Shown here piece by piece: positions 1 through 9,732 of a stretch of 32,000 bases of DNA. Origin of the DNA: Candidatus Saccharimonadota bacterium (lineage in GTDB: Bacteria; Pseudomonadota; Gammaproteobacteria; Johnevansiales; Johnevansiaceae). Location: assembly GCF_902713755.1 (NCBI RefSeq), contig NZ_LR744089.1. One strand, 5' to 3'. The translations under genes and the position numbers were made by a program. Position 1 is the first letter of the stretch. The number at the start of each line of letters is the position of its first letter. Below the pieces are notes generated by a model that worked only from the letters and a program-made list of their open reading frames with translations, was not told the DNA's origin and made no database searches.

Positions 1-1896
1 ATGATAAGAATTATAGGTATTGATTTAGGTACTACTAACTCTTGTGTTGCAGTATTAGATAATGGAAAAAGTCGTGTTATAGAAAATTCAGAAGGGTCAC
101 GTACCACTCCTTCTATAATTGCATATACAGATGATAATGAAATATTAGTTGGTCAATCGGCAAAACGTCAAGCTGTAACTAATCCTTCTAATACTTTATA
201 CGCAATTAAACGTCTTATTGGTCGTAAATTTAATGATGAGATAGTACAAAAAGATATAAACATGGTGCCATATAAAATTGTAAGTGCTGAAAATGGAGAT
301 GCATGGGTAAAAGTAAAAAATAAAAAATTAGCACCCCCTCAAATTAGTGCAGAAATATTAAAAAAAATGAAAAAAACAGCAGAAGATTATTTAGGTGAAA
401 AAATAAATGAAGCCGTTATAACTGTACCAGCTTATTTTAATGATTCGCAAAGACAAGCCACTAAAGATGCTGGACGTATAGCAGGGCTTAAAGTAAAACG
501 TATAATTAATGAACCTACAGCTGCTGCTTTAGCTTATGGCATGGATAAAAATAGAGGTGATAAAAAAATAGCTGTTTATGATTTAGGTGGTGGAACATTT
601 GATATATCAATTATAGAGATTGCTGATGTAGATGGTGAAACTCAATTTGAAGTAATGGCAACTAATGGCGATACTTTTTTAGGAGGAGAAGATTTTGACC
701 TAAAATTAATAAACTTTATAGTTAAACAATTTAAATTAGAAAGTGGTGTTGATTTATCAGGAGATTCTTTAGCAATGCAACGTTTAAAAGAAGCTGCTGA
801 AAAAGGAAAAATAGAACTTTCTAGTTCTCAACAAACAGATATTAATTTACCTTATATAACTGCAGATAAAACAGGTCCTAAACATCTTAATTTAAAAATT
901 ACTAGAGCTAAATTAGAATCATTAGTTGAAGATTTAATTAAAAGATCGCTTATACCTTGTAAAAAAGCTATAGATGATGCCAAATTATCTACTAATGATA
1001 TTGATGATATAATATTAGTAGGTGGTCAAACCCGTATGCCTTTAGTACAAAAAAAAGTGTCAGAATTTTTTGGAAAAGAAGCTAGAAAAGATGTAAATCC
1101 AGATGAAGCTGTAGCAATGGGTGCAGCTATTCAAGGAGGCGTATTAGGTGGAGATGTTAAAGATGTTCTTTTATTAGATGTAACTCCTTTAACTTTAGGT
1201 ATTGAAACTATGGGGGGTATAATGACTCCATTAATAGAAAAAAATACTACAATTCCTACTAAAAAAACACAAATTTTTTCAACAGCAGAAGATAATCAAA
1301 CAGCAGTAACTATTCATGCTTTACAAGGTGAAAGAAAAAAAGCTTTACAAAATAAATCATTAGGTCGGTTTGATTTGACTGATATACCCCCTTCTCCTAG
1401 AGGAACACCACAAATAGAAGTAGCGTTTGATTTAGATGCTAATGGGATATTAAATATTACAGCTAAAGATAAATCAACTGGAAAAGAACAATCTATAGTA
1501 ATTAAATCTTCTGGTGGTCTTTCGGAAGATGAAATAAACAAGATGATAAAAGATGCAGAATCAAATAAAGAAGAAGATAACAAATTTGAAGAATTAGTAC
1601 AAATAAGAAATCAAGCAGATGGTATGATTCATACTATACGTAAAACATTAAAAGAAATAAAAAATGAAGATGAAAAAAATAAAATTGAATCTTTAATTAA
1701 TAACCTTGAAGAAACATTAAAAAGTGATGATATAAAAAAAATAAAAGATGATCTTAATAAACTTACTGAAGAATATAGTAAAATTTATCAAAAAATATAT
1801 TCAGATAAAAAAACTACTGATTCTTCTAATACAAAAGAAGGAGATGTTGTGGATGCTGAATATGAAGAAGTTAATAATAATAATAAAACAAAATAA
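1..1896 (+). CDS. dnaK: Molecular chaperone DnaK (Hsp70)
   Basis: 631-aa ORF with Hsp70 signatures [23 protein letters not shown] and VGGQTRMP. It is colinear with E. coli DnaK (638 aa) from the first residues. dnaJ follows 9 nt downstream. Confidence 0.97.
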   Translation: MIRIIGIDLGTTNSCVAVLDNGKSRVIENSEGSRTTPSIIAYTDDNEILVGQSAKRQAVTNPSNTLYAIKRLIGRKFNDEIVQKDINMVPYKIVSAENGDAWVKVKNKKLAPPQISAEILKKMKKTAEDYLGEKINEAVITVPAYFNDSQRQATKDAGRIAGLKVKRIINEPTAAALAYGMDKNRGDKKIAVYDLGGGTFDISIIEIADVDGETQFEVMATNGDTFLGGEDFDLKLINFIVKQFKLESGVDLSGDSLAMQRLKEAAEKGKIELSSSQQTDINLPYITADKTGPKHLNLKITRAKLESLVEDLIKRSLIPCKKAIDDAKLSTNDIDDIILVGGQTRMPLVQKKVSEFFGKEARKDVNPDEAVAMGAAIQGGVLGGDVKDVLLLDVTPLTLGIETMGGIMTPLIEKNTTIPTKKTQIFSTAEDNQTAVTIHALQGERKKALQNKSLGRFDLTDIPPSPRGTPQIEVAFDLDANGILNITAKDKSTGKEQSIVIKSSGGLSEDEINKMIKDAESNKEEDNKFEELVQIRNQADGMIHTIRKTLKEIKNEDEKNKIESLINNLEETLKSDDIKKIKDDLNKLTEEYSKIYQKIYSDKKTTDSSNTKEGDVVDAEYEEVNNNNKTK

Positions 1897-1905
1897 AGGT
1901 TATTA

Positions 1906-2976
1906 ATGTCCAAACGTGATTATTATGAAGTATTAGGTATTAATAGAAATGCTGATCAAAAAGAAATAAAAAAAGCATATCGTAGATTAGCTCAAAAATA
2001 TCATCCTGATAGAAATCCTAACGATAAACAAGCAGAAAAAAACTTTCGTGAAATATCTGAAGCATACGAAATACTTTCAGTAAAAGAAAAAAGAAATACT
2101 TATGATCAATTTGGACATTCAGGAATAGATGGGAGTCAAGTTAATACAGGTTTTACTGATATTTTTGGAGATGTTTTTGGAGATATTTTTGGAACTAACA
2201 AAACTTCAAATACTCCGCAAAGAGGTTCTGATTTACGTTATAATTTAAATATTAAACTTGAAGAAGCTATATATGGAACAAAAATAAATATTAAGTTAAA
2301 AAAATTAGTAAAATGTAATAGATGTAATGGTAATAGGTCAGAACCTGGATATAAAAACAAGTATTGTCAAAGTTGTAAAGGATTAGGACAAATACGTATG
2401 CATCAAGGTTTCTTTTCTATACAACAAACCTGCCCTAATTGTAATGGTAATGGTGAACTTATAGAGAAATATTGTATGAAATGTAATGGTGAAGGTCGTA
2501 TAAATGATAAAAAAAAATTATCAATTAAAATTCCACAAGGGGTAGATAATGGTGATCGTATAAGAATTATAGGAGAGGGAGAATGTGGTATTAATGGAGG
2601 CCCATATGGTGATTTATATGTACAAGTATCTATTAAACCACATAAATTTTTTACTCGTGAAGGCAAAAATTTATATTGTGAAATACCAATTAATTTTGTA
2701 GATGCCGCTTTAGGAGGTATATTAGAAGTACCTACTTTATTAGGTAATAAAGTTAAATTAAAAATTCCATCTGAAACCCAAACAGGAAAACAATTTAGAA
2801 TTAAAGGTAAAGGAGTTAAATCAATACGTAGTAATTATCCAGGAGATTTAATGTGTAAAGTAATTATAGAAACCCCTATTAATCTTAATAAAAATCAAAA
2901 AGAATTATTACGTAAATTTAAAACTAGTATTAGTATTGATAACAAACATATTGATAACAAAAATGATTATGAATAA
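1906..2976 (+). CDS. dnaJ: Co-chaperone DnaJ (Hsp40)
   Basis: J domain with HPD (KYHPDRN), G/F segment ([12 protein letters not shown]) and four CxxCxGxG zinc-finger repeats ([32 protein letters not shown]). AGG lies upstream of the ATG. Confidence 0.95.
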   Translation: MSKRDYYEVLGINRNADQKEIKKAYRRLAQKYHPDRNPNDKQAEKNFREISEAYEILSVKEKRNTYDQFGHSGIDGSQVNTGFTDIFGDVFGDIFGTNKTSNTPQRGSDLRYNLNIKLEEAIYGTKINIKLKKLVKCNRCNGNRSEPGYKNKYCQSCKGLGQIRMHQGFFSIQQTCPNCNGNGELIEKYCMKCNGEGRINDKKKLSIKIPQGVDNGDRIRIIGEGECGINGGPYGDLYVQVSIKPHKFFTREGKNLYCEIPINFVDAALGGILEVPTLLGNKVKLKIPSETQTGKQFRIKGKGVKSIRSNYPGDLMCKVIIETPINLNKNQKELLRKFKTSISIDNKHIDNKNDYE

Positions 2977-2977
2977 T

Positions 2978-5095
2978 TTATTTAAATTTAGCTTCAAATT
3001 CAGCTTTTTCCATAGGATCTATTTCTTTTATTGATAATTTAATTTTTCCTTTATTATCTTTTTCTAAAACTTTTACTGTTACAATATCTCCTACATTAAT
3101 AAAATCTCTTATATTTTTTACATGACCTGAAATAATTTGTGAAATATGAACTAATCCATCTGTACCTGGCATTAAATTAACAAAAGCACCAAAATCCATT
3201 ATACGTATTACTTTACCTCTATATATTTTGTTTATTTTAATTTCATCTTCAGTAATCATATTAATAGCCTCTATTGCCTTCTCTATTGCCTTTTGTGAAT
3301 TATTTTTATTATTATTATTAGCATAAATATGTATTTTTCCATCATCTTGAATATCAATATAAGTATTTGTGCTATCACATATTTTTTTTATAGTTTTACC
3401 ACCTTTACCTATTACATCACGTATCTTTTCTGTTTCTATTTTTAATATTACATTACTAGGTGCTTTTTTAGAAATTTTTTTTCTACTTTTACTTATTACT
3501 AACTTCATTTTATTAATAATCTTTTTTATAGCTTCTAACGCTTTAGTTAACGTTAATTGTATAATACCAATACCAATTTGTTTTTTTATATCCATTTGTA
3601 AAGCAGTTATACCGTTTTTTGTACCAGCCACTTTAAGATCCATATCACCAAAATTATCTTCCTCACCTACTATATCAGTAATTATTAAATATTTTTCTTT
3701 TTTTGTTATTAATCCCATAGCTACACCTGATACTGTAGAACTTACTGGAACTCCTGCATCCATTAATGCTAATGAAGCACCACATACAGACGCCATAGAA
3801 CTAGACCCATTAGATTCAGTTATTTCTGAAACTATTCTTATTGAATAAGGAAAATCTTCTTTAGATAACACACCAATGATAGCTCTTTTTGCAAGATTAC
3901 CATGACCAATTTCACGCCGTTTTGGTATACCTAACAAACCTATTTCACATACGCTATAAGGTGTAAAATTATAATGAAACATTAATTTTTCATAACGTTC
4001 TTCTTCTAATCCTTCTATTACTTGAGCATCACGTAAACTGCCTAAAGTAATAGCAACTATTGCTTGAGTATCTCCCCTACTAAATAAAGCCGAACCATGT
4101 GCACTGGGTAAAATGCCTAAGTCTATAGATAATGAACGTATTGTTTTTAACTTCCGACCATCACTACGTTTTTTTGTTTCAAACATTTTATTTATAAATA
4201 TTTTTTTTATTATTACTTTTAATATTTCATTAATATTATCATATTTTAAATAATTCTTTATAAATTTTTCAATAACTTGATTTATTAATATACCTAATGC
4301 TTCTTTTCTTTTAATTTTATCCATAATATAAAAAATATCTTTTATACTATAATTAAATTCATTAACTAATTTATCTTGTAAAGTTACTTTTTTAAAAAAA
4401 CGATAAGTTTTTTTATTATTTTTTTTTTTATAATCTTCAACCAATTCATTTATATTGTTTATTACTACTTGCATTTCTCTATGTGCATAACAAATAGCAC
4501 CTAAAATTATTGATTCTGTTTTTTCTTTTGCTTCAGCTTCTACCATTAATACGGAATTTTTTGTTCCAGCTACTACTATATCTACTTCCGAATTTCTTTC
4601 ATTAGTTATATTAAGCCAATAACCAATTTCTTTATTAAAACCTACTCTAGCAACACCCATAGTATCTATTAAAGGTATATCCGAGATACCTATTGCTGCG
4701 TATGTACCAATCATAGCAGCAATATCTGGATTATTTTCAGCAGAAATTACTGTACATATTATTTGTACTTCATTTTTATAAAATTTATTTATATTAGGTC
4801 TAATAGGCCTATCAATAAGTCTTGATGTTAATATTTCTTTTTCTGTAGGACGGCTTTCTCTTTTTAAAAAACCACCTGGAATTTTACCTGCAGCATAAGT
4901 TTTTTCTTGATAATATACTGTTAAAGGAAAATAATCTTTATTTTTTATATTTTTATTTACAACTACTGTACATAATACTGTTGTATTATCAATATTAATA
5001 ACGACACTACCATTTGTATTTTTAGCTATTTTACCTGTTTCTAAAATAATATTTTTTCCACCATACTTAAAATGTTTTTTTATATATAAACTCAA
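2978..5095 (-). CDS. pnp: Polyribonucleotide nucleotidyltransferase (PNPase)
   Basis: 705 aa with two RNase PH-like domains, a KH motif (GKGGKTIKK) and a C-terminal S1 domain. The TTG start (5095-5093) aligns position for position with the E. coli PNPase N-terminus (MSLYIKKHFKYGG vs MLNPIVRKFQYGQ). AAGGA lies about 10 nt upstream. Confidence 0.95.
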   Translation of the reverse strand: MSLYIKKHFKYGGKNIILETGKIAKNTNGSVVINIDNTTVLCTVVVNKNIKNKDYFPLTVYYQEKTYAAGKIPGGFLKRESRPTEKEILTSRLIDRPIRPNINKFYKNEVQIICTVISAENNPDIAAMIGTYAAIGISDIPLIDTMGVARVGFNKEIGYWLNITNERNSEVDIVVAGTKNSVLMVEAEAKEKTESIILGAICYAHREMQVVINNINELVEDYKKKNNKKTYRFFKKVTLQDKLVNEFNYSIKDIFYIMDKIKRKEALGILINQVIEKFIKNYLKYDNINEILKVIIKKIFINKMFETKKRSDGRKLKTIRSLSIDLGILPSAHGSALFSRGDTQAIVAITLGSLRDAQVIEGLEEERYEKLMFHYNFTPYSVCEIGLLGIPKRREIGHGNLAKRAIIGVLSKEDFPYSIRIVSEITESNGSSSMASVCGASLALMDAGVPVSSTVSGVAMGLITKKEKYLIITDIVGEEDNFGDMDLKVAGTKNGITALQMDIKKQIGIGIIQLTLTKALEAIKKIINKMKLVISKSRKKISKKAPSNVILKIETEKIRDVIGKGGKTIKKICDSTNTYIDIQDDGKIHIYANNNNKNNSQKAIEKAIEAINMITEDEIKINKIYRGKVIRIMDFGAFVNLMPGTDGLVHISQIISGHVKNIRDFINVGDIVTVKVLEKDNKGKIKLSIKEIDPMEKAEFEAKFK

Positions 5096-5120
5096 TATTT
5101 TTTTTCCTTTGTTATGTACA

Positions 5121-5393
5121 TTATTTATGGCGCAAATTAAGTTTTTTTATTAAATATTTATACCGTGCAATTTTTTTATTTTTTAAATAATTTAAAAGTT
5201 TTCTACGTTTATTTACCATACGAATCAATCCTATTTTCGAATGATAATCATATTTATTTTTTTTTAAATGAATTTGTAATTTATATATATTATTAGTTAA
5301 TAAAGCAATTTGAACGTCAGTATATCCTGTATCAAATTTATTTTTACCAAATTCCTTAATAATGGCAGCTTTATTTTTTTTATTAACAGCCAT
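5121..5393 (-). CDS. rpsO: 30S ribosomal protein S15
   Basis: Colinear with E. coli S15 (89 aa). The track ORF starts at a TTG (5411), but the ATG at 5393 gives a 90-aa product. The TTGGAG of the longer ORF supplies a GGAG Shine-Dalgarno about 12 nt upstream of that ATG. Confidence 0.9.
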   Translation of the reverse strand: MAVNKKNKAAIIKEFGKNKFDTGYTDVQIALLTNNIYKLQIHLKKNKYDYHSKIGLIRMVNKRRKLLNYLKNKKIARYKYLIKKLNLRHK

Positions 5394-5437
5394 TTTATAT
5401 ATTATCTCCAAAAAATTTATTATATATTTATTATAAA

Positions 5438-5779
5438 TTATATAATAATTTTATTAATTAATTTGTTTAATTTATAATTATTATTAATACTTTCATCATA
5501 ATGAAATCTTAAATTTGGTATATGATGTACTTTTATATTTCTAGAAAGTTTATATCGTAAATAACCTGAAGCTAATTTTAAAATATTTGCATATATATTA
5601 TTTGTTTTATTTTCATTAATTATTGTCCAATAAATATCAGCATATTTAATATCTTTACTAAGTATTACAGAATGTATTATAATTATTTTTTTTATTCTAG
5701 GATCTTTTAATTTATATTTAATTAAATAAGCTAAATCTTTTTTTATTTGTTCAGAAATTTTTATAATGCGATATTTCAT
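5438..5779 (-). CDS. rbfA: Ribosome-binding factor A
   Basis: 113 aa with RbfA-like layout (KDPRI... near the N-terminus, IPNLRFHYDES near the C-terminus, compare E. coli VPELTFFYDNS). It holds the conserved position between infB and rpsO. Confidence 0.82.
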   Translation of the reverse strand: MKYRIIKISEQIKKDLAYLIKYKLKDPRIKKIIIIHSVILSKDIKYADIYWTIINENKTNNIYANILKLASGYLRYKLSRNIKVHHIPNLRFHYDESINNNYKLNKLINKIII

Positions 5780-5787
5780 ATATTTTA

Positions 5788-7911
5788 TTAAATTAATTTA
5801 TCAAAACTTTCTATTTTATCGCCTATCTTAACATCATTATAATTACGAATACATATACCAAATTCCATACCCTTACTAACTTCATTAACATCCTCTTTAA
5901 AACGCCGTAATGAATCTAATTCACCTTTATAAACAACGAAAGTATTACGAAGAATACGTATTTGTTTTTTACGTAACACAATACCTTCCTTTACTATACA
6001 TCCAACAATTATTCCATTTTTTTTATTATATTTAAATATATCACGAACTTCTGCTATACCAAGAATTTTTTCAAGTTTTTTAGGTTTTAATTTCTTATGT
6101 ATTATTTCTTTAATACCATCAATTAATTTATAAATTATATTATAATAAAATAATTTTATATTTTCACGTTTAATAATCTCTCTAGCTTCACTTACTACAT
6201 GTACATTAAATCCAATTAATATTGCTTTTGATGTAATTGCTAATTTCACATCATTTTCGTTTATATTTCCAACACTAGCTGATATTATATTAATAATAAT
6301 TTTATCGGTAGATAATTCATTTATAGAATTACGTATTGCTTTTAAAGTTCCTTGCACATCAACTTTAAGTACAATATTAATTGTATTTATTTTTTTAAAT
6401 AAATTTTGATTAATATTATTTTTTTGTTTTTTATTTATATATTTTATATAACGAATATTAACAATATTGCGTGCTTTTTTTTCATCTGATACTACATTGA
6501 AATTTTCACCTGATTCTGTTATCCCATTTAATCCAATAATTTCTACTGGTATAGATGGACCTACTTTCTCTACAGTTTTTCCTACTTCATTTATTATTGC
6601 ACGCACTCTACCATAATTTAATCCACATACTACTATATCACCTTTATTTAAAGTACCATTTAACACTAATATTTTTGATACAGGTCCTTTTCCTATATCA
6701 ATTCTTGATTCTATTACTACCCCTTTACCTGGAGAATCTAATACTGTATTTAAATCTACAAGTTCTGATATTAAAATTACAGATTCTAATAACACATCTA
6801 TACCTATACCTGTTTTTGCTGAAACAGGAATAAAAGGAGTATCTCCCCCCCATTCTTCAGGTATAAGACCATATTTAGATAACTCATTACGAACACGATC
6901 TATATCTGTTCCTATTTTATTTTTATCTATTTTATCTATTTTATTAATAGCTACAATAACAGGTAATTTTGAATATTTAGCATGTTCTATTGCCTCAATA
7001 GTTTGAGGTTTTATATCATCATCAGCTGAAACTACTAATATAACTATATCAGTAAATTTTACCCCAATTGCACGCATATTTATAAAAGCTTTATGACCTG
7101 GAGTATCTATAATAGTTATATTCTTTCCTTTATCTAAATTTACATGATATACATCAATATATTGAGTAATACCTCCTACTTCTTTAGTTACTAATTTAGT
7201 TTTACGTATACAATCAATTAAAGATGTTTTACCATGATCTACGTGTCCCATAACAGTAATTATTGGACAACGTTTAATTTTTTTACCATCCATAACTTTA
7301 GTTTTTAATAAATTTTTTTCAATGTCAGTAGTATTTATAATTTTTGGTATATGGCCTAGTTCTTCTACAACTAAACAAGCAGTATCTTTATCAAGTTTTT
7401 GATTTATAGTAATTACAACCCCCATTTTTAATAGTACTTTTATTAATTCTGCTGCTTTTATTGCCATTTTCTTAGCTAAATATAAAATACTATTTGATTC
7501 ATAAATATTTATTTCTCTACTAATATTTTTTTTAGGAATTTTAAAAGTATGTATATTATTAATTAATTTATTATTAGATTCTTCTAAAGACTTTTTATTA
7601 TCTTTTTTTTGTAAAATTTTATTTATTTCTAGTTTTTCTGTATTAATTTTAAAAAAAGTCTTTTTTTTACGTATTTGAATATCAATCAATTTATTTTCCA
7701 TATGTAACTTACTATTTATTTTTCTAGTTAAAGTAATTTTATTTATACCTTGTTGATAATTAAGATAATTTAATAATATTTGTTTATCTTTTTCTGTTAA
7801 TAAATTATCTTCATTTGTATGTTCTAAACCTGCACTTTTTAAATAATTAAGTAACCTCTTTATATCACATCCTATTTTTATTGCAAAATCTTTAACAGTT
7901 ATTTCTACCAT
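5788..7911 (-). CDS. infB: Translation initiation factor IF-2
   Basis: 707 aa with GTPase motifs GHVDHGKT, DTPGH and NKID, plus an IF2 N-terminal domain (MVEITVKDFAIKIG). The ATG overlaps the nusA TAA by 1 nt (TAATG). The N-terminal region is shorter than in E. coli (890 aa). Confidence 0.95.
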   Translation of the reverse strand: MVEITVKDFAIKIGCDIKRLLNYLKSAGLEHTNEDNLLTEKDKQILLNYLNYQQGINKITLTRKINSKLHMENKLIDIQIRKKKTFFKINTEKLEINKILQKKDNKKSLEESNNKLINNIHTFKIPKKNISREINIYESNSILYLAKKMAIKAAELIKVLLKMGVVITINQKLDKDTACLVVEELGHIPKIINTTDIEKNLLKTKVMDGKKIKRCPIITVMGHVDHGKTSLIDCIRKTKLVTKEVGGITQYIDVYHVNLDKGKNITIIDTPGHKAFINMRAIGVKFTDIVILVVSADDDIKPQTIEAIEHAKYSKLPVIVAINKIDKIDKNKIGTDIDRVRNELSKYGLIPEEWGGDTPFIPVSAKTGIGIDVLLESVILISELVDLNTVLDSPGKGVVIESRIDIGKGPVSKILVLNGTLNKGDIVVCGLNYGRVRAIINEVGKTVEKVGPSIPVEIIGLNGITESGENFNVVSDEKKARNIVNIRYIKYINKKQKNNINQNLFKKINTINIVLKVDVQGTLKAIRNSINELSTDKIIINIISASVGNINENDVKLAITSKAILIGFNVHVVSEAREIIKRENIKLFYYNIIYKLIDGIKEIIHKKLKPKKLEKILGIAEVRDIFKYNKKNGIIVGCIVKEGIVLRKKQIRILRNTFVVYKGELDSLRRFKEDVNEVSKGMEFGICIRNYNDVKIGDKIESFDKLI

Positions 7912-9212
7912 TATATTTCTCCATAAATACCTGTTTCTTCTTTTATTGCTAAATTTAGTAATTCATCTTTAGCACGCGATTTTAATTTTTTTATTACATT
8001 TATATTTAATTCTTTTATTTTTAAAAATTCTTCTATAGGTACATATACAATTTCTTCTAAAGAAGTAAAACCATAATCTACTAATAATACTGCTATTTTT
8101 TTATCAATATCAAGTTTTAAACTTAAAAATTTAACTTTATTTATTATTTCTTTTTTATTTTTTTTCTTAGCTTCATTTTTAGTAACTACATTTAATATCC
8201 ATCCTGTTAGTTCAGATGCTAATTTAATATTTTGTCCACATTTTCCTATAGCTTTATAATAATTATATTCATTAACTATAATTTCCATATTATGATTATT
8301 TTCATCAACAATTAAAGAAATAATATCTACTGGATACATAGCATTAATAACAAATTTTGTATAATTCTCATCCCAAAGTATAATATCTATACGTTCGTTA
8401 TGTAATTCATTATAAATAGATTGTATTCTAGAACCACGCATACCTATACAAGAACCTACAGGATCAATATTACAATCATTAGTTTTAACTGCAATTTTAG
8501 CTTTATAACCTGGATCTCTTGCAACACTTTTTATTTCTATTAATTCATCTAATATTTCTGGTATTTCTATTTTGAATAATTCACTTAAAAATTTTGAACA
8601 ACATCTTGAAAGTATTAATTTTAAATTACGACTATTGGGATTTACCTTAAATAACAAAGTACGTATGCGCTCATTAATATTGAACCGTTCACCAGGTATC
8701 ATTTCATTACGTGGTAAAAAACATTCAGTTTTATCATCTAATTCAATTATTATACCTTCTTTAATTATTTTTTTTATATTCCCACATATTATTTCACCTA
8801 TTTTGTTACTATAATTACGTATTATCTCAGTATGTTCAGCTTCACGAACTTTTTGTACAATAATTTGTTTTGCAATTTTAACAGCTATTCTACAAAAATT
8901 AATATTCTCAATTTTATATTCAATATATTTATTAATTTCAAACTTTTTATTTATTTTTTTAGCAGCAGTATAAGGAATTTCAATAGATGATTTAGTATAA
9001 TTTTCATCTTTAACGACTTTCCATCTACGAAAAGTATCATAATTACCATTTATGCGATTCATTTTAACTATAATATTTACATTTTGTCCTTCAAATCTTT
9101 TAATAGTTGCACTAGACAAAGCTTCTTCAACTGTTTTAAAAATACAATTACGTGAAACGCCTTTTTCATTATAAATAGAATTAATAATTAATAAAATATC
9201 TTTACTCATCAT
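7911..9212 (-). CDS. nusA: Transcription termination/antitermination factor NusA
   Basis: 433 aa with NusA NTD, S1, two KH domains (GMRGSRIQ, GKCGQNIK) and one C-terminal HhH/AR-like repeat. AGGA lies 6 nt upstream of the ATG at 9212. Confidence 0.93.
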   Translation of the reverse strand: MMSKDILLIINSIYNEKGVSRNCIFKTVEEALSSATIKRFEGQNVNIIVKMNRINGNYDTFRRWKVVKDENYTKSSIEIPYTAAKKINKKFEINKYIEYKIENINFCRIAVKIAKQIIVQKVREAEHTEIIRNYSNKIGEIICGNIKKIIKEGIIIELDDKTECFLPRNEMIPGERFNINERIRTLLFKVNPNSRNLKLILSRCCSKFLSELFKIEIPEILDELIEIKSVARDPGYKAKIAVKTNDCNIDPVGSCIGMRGSRIQSIYNELHNERIDIILWDENYTKFVINAMYPVDIISLIVDENNHNMEIIVNEYNYYKAIGKCGQNIKLASELTGWILNVVTKNEAKKKNKKEIINKVKFLSLKLDIDKKIAVLLVDYGFTSLEEIVYVPIEEFLKIKELNINVIKKLKSRAKDELLNLAIKEETGIYGEI

Positions 9213-9250
9213 ACATTGTCCTATTAAAAAGGTAATGATATATAAGCAAT

Positions 9251-9272
9251 AAAAAACCCCTAAATTAGGGGT
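9251..9272 (-). terminator. Rho-independent terminator-like hairpin downstream of the tRNA pair and repeat array
   Basis: The minus strand reads ACCCCTAATTTAGGGGT followed by TTTTTT. The stem is CCCCTA/TAGGGG with a 3-nt loop and a U-tract. It is the only GC-rich hairpin plus T-run I found in the window. Confidence 0.6.
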
Positions 9273-9351
9273 ACCTTTGTAACCTTTGTAACCTTTGTAA
9301 CCTTTGTAACCTTTGTAACCTTTGTAACCTTTGTAACCTTTGTAACCTTTG

Positions 9352-9353
<2 letters not shown>
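9273..9353. repeat. Perfect tandem repeat, 9 bp x 9 copies (ACCTTTGTA on +, TACAAAGGT on -)
   Basis: Direct reading gives GT + (ACCTTTGTA)x9 + GCGGGGA with no substitutions. The last copy on the + strand overlaps positions 72-73 of tRNA-fMet. Confidence 0.97.
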
Positions 9354-9425
<72 letters not shown>

Positions 9426-9437
9426 GTAAATATTTGA

Positions 9438-9521
9438 TGCCCAGGGCGGGATTTGAACCCGCACAACCTTATGGTTACTACCCCCTCAAGATAGCGTGTC
9501 TACCTATTTCACCACCTCGGC
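9438..9521 (-). tRNA. leuU: tRNA-Leu (GAG), long variable arm
   Basis: The reverse complement is GCCGAGGTGGTGAAATAGGTAGACACGCTATCTTGAGGGGGTAGTAACCATAAGGTTGTGCGGGTTCAAATCCCGCCCTGGGCA. It is colinear with E. coli tRNA-Leu(GAG), with anticodon loop TTGAGGG. It lies 12 nt upstream of tRNA-fMet, as in the E. coli and Pseudomonas secG-leuU-metY arrangement. No CCA is encoded. Confidence 0.9.
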
Positions 9522-9533
9522 TGATATAAATAT

Positions 9534-9562
9534 ATTATCAACAATTTAAAATATTACGTCAA
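9534..9562 (-). promoter_or_regulatory. Candidate sigma70 promoter for the tRNA-Leu/tRNA-fMet (and nusA-infB) transcript
   Basis: The minus strand reads TTGACG (9562-9557), a 17-nt spacer, then GATAAT (9539-9534). The -10 ends 12 nt before tRNA-Leu position 1. AT-rich DNA yields chance -10 matches, but a TTGACG -35 is rare here. Confidence 0.45.
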
Positions 9563-9732
9563 GATAAACAAAGTAAAGTTAATGAATTTAAAAAATATAT
9601 TAATAATAATAAATAAGTTATATTAATTAATATACTATTAAAATATATAAATGATTCATTATTTTTTTGTAAAATAATAAAAGTTATTATAATAATTTCC
9701 ACCATTATATTTATTAATAATAAGTTATTCAA
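9559..9732 (-). CDS. Candidate miniaturised SecG-like small membrane protein (or secG relic)
   Basis: This ORF is not in the supplied track. It has 57 codons from the TTG at 9732 (overlapping the ftsH TGA as TTGA), or 48 from the ATG at 9705, and stops at TGA 9561-9559. Translation: (M)[56 protein letters not shown]. There are two hydrophobic segments. L-Q-K follows the first at the same distance from the start as LQQGKG in E. coli SecG, and INITYLLLLIYFLNSLTL resembles TRMTALLATLFFIISLVL. It holds the syntenic position of secG directly upstream of tRNA-Leu. There is no Shine-Dalgarno, and composition bias could mimic hydrophobicity. Confidence 0.33.
   Translation of the reverse strand: MNNLLLINIMVEIIIITFIILQKNNESFIYFNSILINITYLLLLIYFLNSLTLLCLS

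Noticed and set aside
5394-5411. A TTG-initiated 6-codon extension of rpsO.
   Set aside because: S15 aligns from the ATG at 5393, and the TTGGAG of the extension serves as that ATG's Shine-Dalgarno.
9729-9731. An alternative genetic code (TGA read as Trp), as in some tiny symbiont genomes.
   Set aside because: Conserved Trp positions use TGG (for example DnaK GDAWVKV and S2 HRWLGG). No conserved gene needs TGA read-through. TGA ends ftsH and dapE at or near where their homologs end.
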